Position numbers and translations under genes: made by a program | Part shown: positions 54,841 through 64,000 of the stretch, piece by piece | How positions within the stretch are numbered: the first letter of the stretch is position 1 | Layout of the letters: every line of letters starts with the position of its first letter | The notes under the pieces: generated by a model | What the model was told of the DNA's origin: nothing | Database searches by the model: none | Seen by the model: the letters and a program-made list of their open reading frames with translations, nothing else | Origin: Octopus sinensis | Lineage: Eukaryota | Assembly: GCF_006345805.1 (NCBI RefSeq) | Contig: NC_043002.1 | Span: forward strand, 72,416,001 to 72,480,000 | Length of the DNA: 64,000 nt | Reading direction: 5' to 3'

Positions 54841-55257
54841 TATTTCCTTAATGCCCACAGAGAGCTAAACACAGAGGGGACAAACAAGGATAGACAAAGG
54901 GTCTAAGTCGATTATATCGATCCCAGTGCGTAACTGGTACTTATTTAATCGACCCCGAAAGGAGATGAAAGGCGAAGTCGACCTCAGCGGAATTTGAACT
55001 CAGAACGTAACGGCAGACGAAATACCTATTTCTTTTCTACCCACAAGGAGCTAAACGTAGAGAGGACAAACAAGGACAGACAAACGGATTAAGTCGATTA
55101 TATCGACCCCAGTGCGTAACTGGTACTTAATTTATCGACCCCGAAAGGATGAAAGGCAAAGTCGACCTCGGCGGAATTTGAACTCAGAACGTAACGGCAG
55201 ACGAGATACCGCTAAGCATTTCACCCTGCGGGCTAACGATTCTGCCAGCTCGCCGCC
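54841..55257 (-). mobile_element. SINE family B dimer
   Basis: Head plus two bodies, same junction as the other multimers. Confidence 0.88.
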
Positions 55258-56009
55258 CTTTTAACAAACGTTCCCATGCCGGGAGCCTTGTAAATTGAAA
55301 GCGCTCGACCAAAACCCAAACCCGTAACACAAACCGTTGACGCCGGGACTTTGCCACGACGCTACCTTGTTCGCTCGAGTCTATAATAGCCCCAATCAGA
55401 AATGTTTTTCTATATTTTAACTGCTCCGCTAATGGATTGAGTTATAAGAATTTTAGTGAAAAAAAAACTTTCGTATTTGGTGATGGGGTGTGGTGAGGAG
55501 GACGTAGTTTTTAATATATTTTGGTTTCTTTTAAATTTTGCTTTTTTGTTTTTGCGAGGTTTTTATTTTTTTGTTCTGGTTTTTTTCTTTTTACATTTTT
55601 AAGCACCTCAACTTCTAACGGCACTTATTTGGTTACGTTACAAATGCTTAGACTTATGTACTGCATGATGCGTACGCTTGTCATTTGATTAAATTGATTG
55701 AGACTTCTCACTTGCTATGTTTTTATCGAATTCCAGAAGGGAAAAAATACACACACACATACATACACATACATGCATACATACACACACACATACACAT
55801 ACACATACATGCATACATACACACACACATACTACACACGCACACATATATATATGTATATATATATATACACACACACATACATACATATATACATACA
55901 TATATACATACACACACATACATACATACATACACATACATACATACATAATACATGCATACATACATACATACATGCATATATATACATCTATATTATA
56001 CATACACAC

Positions 56010-56042
<33 letters not shown>

Positions 56043-56207
56043 CACACACACACGCGCGTATGTGTATAGCGTGCAGTTAGCAGATGACATCAAAGGAAAC
56101 GTTATAAGAAAAACTGCAAAAGCAATTCTAAAGACACATTCTTCGTTGACGTGACATCGCAGTACGTAATAACGTAAACATGCGTGTATGTATCTGTATG
56201 TCTTTGC

Positions 56208-56300
<93 letters not shown>

Positions 56301-56659
56301 CAGCGAAAGAGCGGATGACTGAATGAAAAGATTAGCCCACAACCGAATTCGCAGTTGATGGGTCTATCATCATTAACAGTACGAGGCTGTGTAGCTGTGT
56401 CTCTGCCCGGGACATTTAACCTTCAGATGATACAGTTCACCAATCTGTAAATATGTGCCATTAGGTTAAAAAGGCACCGAGCCTATGAGAATTCAATGCG
56501 ATCACTCGACAATATGACCAAACAAATCACGCCGTACTGTCTCCAGTAAACACAGTCTTCTCAGTCACAATGTTGCGAAAGAGGGAGAGAGAGAGCGCGC
56601 GTGAGAGAGAGAGAGCGCGCGTGAGAGAGAGAGAGCGCGCGTGAGAGAGAGAGCGAGAG

Positions 56660-56720
<61 letters not shown>

Positions 56721-57007
56721 TGTGTGCGTGCGTGTGAGTGAGTGTATGGGTGTGTTTTATATCTGTCTATCAACGACTCTATCCATTTCATTGGTTTCTA
56801 ACAGCAACTCGAGTTTCATGTTCGAAGGAAGATATTTGACTTTTCGATAAAACTGAGACCTAATTACCGTGTTCGGCCACAGCTATTTTGGTGCGTATCA
56901 TAGGATATGACTGGCGATGATATATCGGGTACGGCAAGAAAAATTCGCTATCTCTAATTGGAAATTTCAGGTCGAGGTGGTCACTCAGATTTACGTAATA
57001 TAGAATA

Positions 57008-57447
57008 CTAGCTTAAGGTGACCCGCTCTACGCGCGGGTGAGGGTGTTGTTGTTACCTTCTGTTGCTTCCTTTCTGTTTCTTATCGCCACATTCTCCCTC
57101 TTTGTTTCTTTCTCCTTTCTCTCTCACTTTCCCACTCTCTTACTCTTCCTTTCTCTCGGACTCTCCCTCGCTTTCTCTTACTCTCTATCCTTCTCTATCT
57201 ACCTATCTCCCATTTATAAAAACACAAAGGATCTCGAGTAAGTTGAGAAAGAAAATATTTTGAAAGATCAATCACAAATATCAGGCAGTGACAACGGAAA
57301 GCACACTTGCTTTTTGTACGTGCCACTATTTGAGCGATTAAAAATAAGGAGAAAAAGGATTTCTTTGTTAAATTTAGTACTTATTTTGAGATTTTTTCGA
57401 CGATTGACCATGCAGAGAGATGAAGCTGTCAAACGTCGTTATAGAGA
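57008..57447 (-). mobile_element. Probable non-autonomous Helitron (5' end uncertain)
   Basis: 3' hairpin cccgcgcgtagagcggg followed by CTAG|T. Confidence 0.55.
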
Positions 57448-57689
57448 GTAAGTGTAGGGAAGGAAGGAAGGAAAGAGAGAGACGGTGGGAGACAGAGTGA
57501 TATGCGAAAGAGAGAAGCGACAAACACTTGTCAAAATGTGGGTTTTGTTGCCCTAGTATGGTATTCTGCGTGTTGTAGACAGTAAATGCCGGGAAGGTTG
57601 AAAAAGAGAAAGTAGAAAGTGGAGGATACGTGAGGTACGATGTTGCTAATTCGGCGTTGATAGCATTACCAATTGGTAAGATGAATCAA

Positions 57690-58950
57690 TCCAAGTAAAT
57701 GCCGCTCGGTGAATTTTCCCTTTGTGAAATTTACCTAGTCTCCAAAGCTCTTTCATTTAAGCTGTGCAAAATCATATTTCTTTGATTCGATAACATTGAT
57801 CTTTCGAGAACCGTCCACTTAATGTTGTAGTCGAAGTTCCAGTTTCTTGGTTTCCAGATGTGTTTTTCTAGCGTCAAGGAATTCATTTTGTTAGTGTGTC
57901 TGAAAGCTAACACCTAGGTGTAAAACCTTTTTTAACGTTCTCTTGTACATGGCCATGCAACTTACTTTATTGATCTGGTTTGGGGTACTTGAGGGGACAT
58001 CAGCTACGTACGCTACCGATTTTACATGTAAGCTCTGGCATTTCTGCATAAGTAATGAGAGATGATCTACTCGGAAGAGTTACTTAGGATGATTGCTTTC
58101 ATGTTAAATCCGAAACTGTAGCTTATCTTCACAGAACACCTATCTAAAAATTTCCTGTATCTATAATCGTTAGGGAAATGATTGTCTACCAGAGCCAGAA
58201 ACATTTTACTTACGTCGGTCTTAGCTTTCAGAAAGTGAGGACAAGCCATATTATATGTTTGAGTTTATACCTGGACTGTGATTGTGTGCTGTGCTGGGAG
58301 CATGAGATGTTTTGCCTTCAATCTGTTAGGACCTAACTGAGTAAGGGGCCGTTCAATCAAATCACTTTAGAAAGAGAGGAGATAAAGATTTTCATATTGA
58401 TATTAAACATAAGGTTTTCAGATCAATCGGAGTGGTAGGACTACTTTGGTAATGAATCCAAATTTCTCATCAGGTTTATGAAAGGTTTTGTGAGTATTTG
58501 AATCTGTGCATAGGGATAGCTAAGTAAATTATTATCGTAACTTCAAATCCTGTTATCAAACTCTGCTATACGATTTTTCAGAAAGTATCTAGAGTGCTCA
58601 TCGCAGTTGAGTGATGCGGATAATCCATTGAGTGATGAGGATAATCCAGTAAAGGAGAACGACCCCCTTTGGCCATAAATGACCATGGGATTGCTCTTAG
58701 AAAGTTGTTCTGCGAGGCAAGTGTCCGGGTAAAGTTGTTTATGGAAGACCAGCAGTCGACTATGTATACCAGCCTCCACTTTGGTGCCATCTGAACCAAA
58801 TCATTTTTGGTGTTTCTGAACCAAGTTAACCTTCCAATTTCGTTTAAATCCCTCGGTGTCTTTTTGGACACTAATCATATATCTGACATAGCTGGGTTTA
58901 TTTTCTGTAGTCTAGTCAGCGATTTGGCTTCGTTTACGCCATAGTAAGTC
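57690..58950 (-). mobile_element. Decayed Penelope-like element (RT remnants plus GIY-YIG region)
   Basis: INPAMSDI; KTDVSKMFLALVDNHFPNDYRYRKFLDRCSVKISYS; AFRHTNKMNSLTLEKHIWK...DYNIKWTVLERS, as in PLE ORFs; many stops and deletions. Confidence 0.75.
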
Positions 58951-58982
<32 letters not shown>

Positions 58983-59149
58983 CATACATACATACATACA
59001 TACATACATACATACGTACATACATATATATGGTAGTTGTATACTCCTTATGCAGAGTCTAACCACTTCTCATACTTATACCTTAGATCCATCATGGCGT
59101 CTGATGTGGCTTAGTCAATGCACGGTGATCGATTTTAAGATTTAAGCTT

Positions 59150-59440
59150 ACACACAACAGATTAGACTGTTGGAAAAGAAAAAAATCCTAACATCGGGAT
59201 ACAACAAGTAACCTTAGATGCCAAGAACCCTCCTAAGTATCCTAACTGTTCCTAGTAACACTGTTTTCTGCAGCTGTACTAAACTGGGCCTAATGCCTAT
59301 TTCCTCTATCCATCTGTTCAGATGTTTAGGGATAGTTTCCAATACACCTATAACTACTGGGATACATTTTACCCGCACTTTCCATAGTCTCTATAATTCA
59401 ATAGTTAAGTCCTGGTACTTTGCTACTTTTCTATACCTCT
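59150..59440 (-). mobile_element. 3' end of a second Dong/R4-like element
   Basis: KVAKYQDLTIEL*RLWKVRVKCIPVVIGVLETIPKHL...LQKTVLLGTVRILRRVLGI*; (TAA)n immediately 5'. Confidence 0.8.
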
Positions 59441-62051
59441 CAACAACACTATACCTCTCATCTATTATTATTATTATTATTATTATTATATTATTATTAT
59501 TATTATTATTATCATCATCATCATCATTATTATCAACACACTCACACACACACACACTTATATATACACATGTACATACACACATATATATGATATGTAC
59601 ATGTATGTATATGTATACGTATAAAACTAAGTATATAACCATATCTGTGTATGTATGCGCGTGCATGTAGTTGTCCGTGTATGCGTGTGCGTGTATGTGG
59701 GCATGTATGTATGTATGTATGTATATAAGTGTGTGTGTGTGTGGTAATGTGTACATGTGAGCGTCTACTTAAATCTGGTGTGTATATAAAATTTCGATAA
59801 ACTTCATTTCCCTTTTCCATATTTCTTTATCTTAAAATCTTAAATTTACTACATTATGCCTTCCAGCTAGAAGTGAAGAATTTTGGTATGGCACCGATAA
59901 AATTTCAGATTTCTTCTTAATTGTGCAAAATCAGTTCACTCTCTTATTACGTCTGCACCTTGGTTTTGCTTTATTTTTATAGGTATTGCTTGTTACCATT
60001 TTTTATTCTTATCTTATTTATTCTTTTTTTTTTTACAAATCTAGTTTGCAAAATTTGTAAATATTTTCTTATAAAATTACAAAACTTTCCACTTAGATTT
60101 CTATTTTTGAATTTGAATTTCTTTTTACTTTTTTTTATTTTATCCATAAAAAAAAATATATTAGTGCAAGAAAACTCGGTGGAGCATTACAGCTGAAAGT
60201 AAGGTGTTAGCCTGTTATTGATTCCCAGTTATTGTTATTTGGAGTGAAATCTGAAATCCGATTAAAATGGTGACAATCAACATTGGCGACAATTAGCTCA
60301 TAGACGAGTTTGATAAATTTAGTTGCCATGAGGGAGCAATATTTTAACGCTTTGGGTTCCTGGTCCTCCTCTGAAAGCGAGAAAGAGAGCAAAAATGATG
60401 TTGTTTTGAATGCAATAACTCTTTCTTTTTCAGCACAAAGCCAGTAATTTTTAAAATGGGTGAGTAAGTGCTCTCAAATAATACTTCATTTATCGACCCC
60501 GAAAGTATGAAAGGCAAAAGAAATACCTATTTCTTTACTACCCACAAGGGGCAAAACACAGAGGAGACAAACAAGTACAGACAGACGGATTAAGTCGATT
60601 ATATTGATCCCAGTGCGTAACTGGTACTTAATTTATCGACCCCGAAAGGATAAATGGCAAAAGAAATACCGCTGAGCATTTCTTCCGGGACGGTAAAGAT
60701 TCTACCAGCTCGCTGCTTTCAATTTGAATGCAATAATTTTTTTTACTACTAACACAAGGCCTGAAATTTGAGTGCTGGAGGGGGGGGCTAGTCGATTACA
60801 TCGACCCCAGTGCTCAGCTGGTATATGTTTCATCTACCCCGAAAGGAAGAAAGGCAAATGTCGACTTCGGTGAAATTTTAACTCAGAACGTAAACTCAGA
60901 AGAAATACTAAACATTTTATCCGGTGTACTAATAACTCTTACATCTTTACTGCCCACAAGGGGCTTCACAGTGAGGGGACAAACAAGGACAGACAAACGG
61001 TGTACTAACAACTCTGCCAGCTCGCCGCCTTCGTTTTGAATGTAATATTGTAATCTCATAAAATGGGACACCACTGTCATCTCTCTTTTCTTTTCATTCT
61101 GATGAAGGAAAAAAACACTGCAATTAATCTGTGAATAGGGCATTAAATCTGTGAATAGGACATTAATCTGTGAATAGAGAATTAAATCACTCCCTCCAGA
61201 GACTCGAGGTAGCACCTTGAGCAAATGCTGACAGTTCGAGAGTTATAGTGTAATCCAAAGTTCGATAAGTCAGGTGGCAATCTATTATATTACTCCCTGC
61301 GACTGTCACGAACAACAGTGATTGCATCAGTTTCAACCGCCAATCGTCATGGCTGCTTTGTCGTTGATATCTCACCACCAAGGTCATAGATATGATTAAC
61401 AGCACCCAGTGACTTAACTGATAGATGGCTCAGCAAAATGTCATTACATATGCTGTGTAGACATAATTATAGCTGAATAGTTAGTGAAGAGATTTGCTTC
61501 GCAACCATGTGGTCCCAAGTTTGATCCTACTACGCGACATCATGAGCATTTGAATTAACTCTGGAGCGAGCCAAACCTCGAGAGTGAATTTATCTAGATG
61601 GTAACTGTATGGAAGCCTGCCGGACAAAATGTACCTGTCATTCAAAACTCCGGCTTTGTCATGTTTGTGTCATGCTGATTCTACTTACGAATTGCCTTTA
61701 AAGTAGCAGTAAATACGGTATACTCAACCACTTTTGCACAGCAATTCAATGAGCAGGTCGTCCAGTTGGTCAAACAACAGGACGCACATAGGCTGAAATT
61801 GAAGTGGGAGCTCATCATCATTACACTTACCAAGGCAGGAGTCCCAAGAAGACTGGAGTGGTGGGGGTAGACTTCGAACGAGTAACTGGAAATCTTTTTC
61901 TGCTGATATCTGCATGAGAAAGCTGGATGGAGAGAAGAGTAGATGAGCAGAGTTGAGCTACAGGTAAACCTGAGATATTTGTGCCCCAAAAAGAAGCAGG
62001 ATATTTGAACAGAATTAACTCATAATTATTGTTAACATTTTCTATTTTTCT

Positions 62052-62083
<32 letters not shown>

Positions 62084-62233
62084 CCTCCCCTCTCTCTCTC
62101 TCTCTCTTTCTCCCTCTCCCTCTCTCTCTTTCTCTCTCCATATTGTATCCGTAAACTTTCAAAATTAAGTATTAAGTTTGTTACACAAAAAATATATAGA
62201 TTTACAAGAACTTTTAAATCGTGTATTAAGCAT

Positions 62234-62423
62234 AGGCGTAGGAGTGGTTGTGTGGTAAGTAGGTTGCTTACCAGCCACATGGTCCCGGGTTCAGTCCCAC
62301 TGCGTCGCACCTTGGGAAAGTGTCTTCTACTATAGCCTCGGGCCGACTAAAGCCTTGTGAGTGGATTTGGTAGACGGAAACTGAAAGAAGCCCGTCGTAT
62401 ATATGTATATATATGTGTGTGTT

Positions 62424-62454
<31 letters not shown>

Positions 62455-62648
62455 TTGTGTTTGTCCCCCCAACATCGCTTGACAACCGACGGTGGTGTGT
62501 TTAGGTCCTCGTAACTTAGCGGTTCGGCAAAAGTAACGATAGAATAAGTACTAGGCTTACAAAGAATAAGTCCTGGGTTTGATTTGCTCGACTAAAGGCG
62601 GTGCTCCAGCATGGCCACAATCAAATGACTGAAACAAGTAAAATAGTA
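62234..62648 (+). mobile_element. SINE family A, full length
   Basis: ggcgtaggagtggttgtgtggtaag...ggttcagtccc...accttgggaaagtg...(TG)n...gactgaaacaagtaaaa. Confidence 0.9.
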
Positions 62649-63329
62649 AGCATTTTAACTTTCTTTTACATTTTTTTTTTCTTTTTGTCTTCTTCAAAAA
62701 TCGTGTGAAAAGTTGATAAAAAAATTAGCGTAATCCGTGATATTCTTTGTCATTAGCAGGTTTCTGTTCCTGAATTTCAGATTGGATTTCTGAAAAGGCA
62801 CGTATCTCAGCATCCAAGAAAATCATCAATGACACATGATAGATTCTTCCATTTTGCTTTGTTATTTTTGTTTTTACCGTATTTTTACAGCTACAACCAA
62901 AATTTGATTTACACAACTACGTCAGTTTAAATATAAGAATTAATTTACTATTCTGGAGTTTCAGAATCTGCAAAAACTCCTCCTGATCGTCGTCCCCGTC
63001 ATCATCATCATCATCATTATCAAGCCCTGGACATTACCATCACGAGTTCTAGGACTCACATGGCCGGTTACCAGTCTCCATGATGTATAAGTGACGAAAA
63101 TCCCAGCAGTCCGTCGCAAGATTACTCGCAGCTTAATAAACTGGAGCAACGGAAAATGAAATATGTTTGCTCAAAAACACAACGTACTGTCCAGTTCGAG
63201 AATCGAAACCACGACCTAGTGAGTGTAACACTCTAACTACTAAAGACCCTTCAGTCAAAATTCATTTTCATCTTATGATTGCTTTCAGTATTTTTAGTTT
63301 TTTACCAAACCTAATTTCCAAGACCCAAT

Positions 63330-63722
63330 ATTCTTTTCTACTCTAGGCACAAAGCCCGAAATTTTGGGGGAGGAAACCAGACGATTAGATCGACACCAGT
63401 ACGCAGCTGGTACTTAATTTATCGACCCCGAAAAGCAAAGTCGACCTCTGCGGAATTTGAACTCAGAACGTAAAGACAGACGAAATACCTATTTCTATTT
63501 CTTTACTACCCACAAGGGGCTAAACACAGAGAGGACAAACAAGGACAGACAAACGGATTAAGTCGATTATATCGACCCCAGTGCGTAACTGGTACTTATT
63601 TAATCGACCCAGAAAGTATGAAAGGCAAAGTCGACCTCAGCGGAATTTGAACTCAGAACGTAGCGGCAGACGAAATACCGCAAAGCATTTCACCCGGCGT
63701 GCTAACATTTCTGCCAGCTCGT
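63330..63722 (-). mobile_element. SINE family B heterodimer
   Basis: The first body ends in the gccccttgtggg tail, the second in the aatttcgggctttgtgcctagagtagaaaag tail. Confidence 0.85.
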
Positions 63723-64000
63723 CACCCAAGAAATGGCGAATATTGATTCGCCATATTTCTTTTAACGTTTTAACTGCAGAATTAAATTTTTTCCAATGAT
63801 GATGTTAAATATCTACCAAAAATAGAATTGGTATTTTCTGCAAGTCACGTTGCTTCAATAAACTTGACATATCTAAACGAAACAAAATAAAAACGGTTTT
63901 AAACTACATTACTCAACAAAAAATAAATTGGTATATAAAACTGCCGTCTGCAATTAAGAGCAATGAAATTTTTATATATCTGATTTCCGCAGTAAAAAAG

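Overview
Eukaryotic, AT-rich, extremely microsatellite-rich DNA. The SINE and LINE repertoire points to an octopus/coleoid cephalopod genome (inference). I cannot identify any host protein-coding gene; nearly all ORF-track entries are translated simple repeats. The window is a transposon mosaic. Retroelements: a near full-length Dong/R4-type non-LTR element inside a (TAA)n tract, a young 5'-truncated CR1-group LINE, fragments of Tx1/L1, RTE, CRE-like and other restriction-like-endonuclease LINEs, a decayed Penelope-like element, and many copies of two tRNA-derived SINE families. DNA elements: two internally deleted mariners, several non-autonomous Helitrons/HINEs and a hAT MITE. The most interesting signal is a set of short non-coding elements sitting in (TA)n tracts, often as inverted or tandem copies, that carry hammerhead ribozyme motifs. 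These include a complete type I hammerhead present twice, once on each strand, at 1878-1971 and 2304-2398, consistent with a Penelope pseudo-LTR or retrozyme-like system. All calls are by eye and boundaries are approximate.
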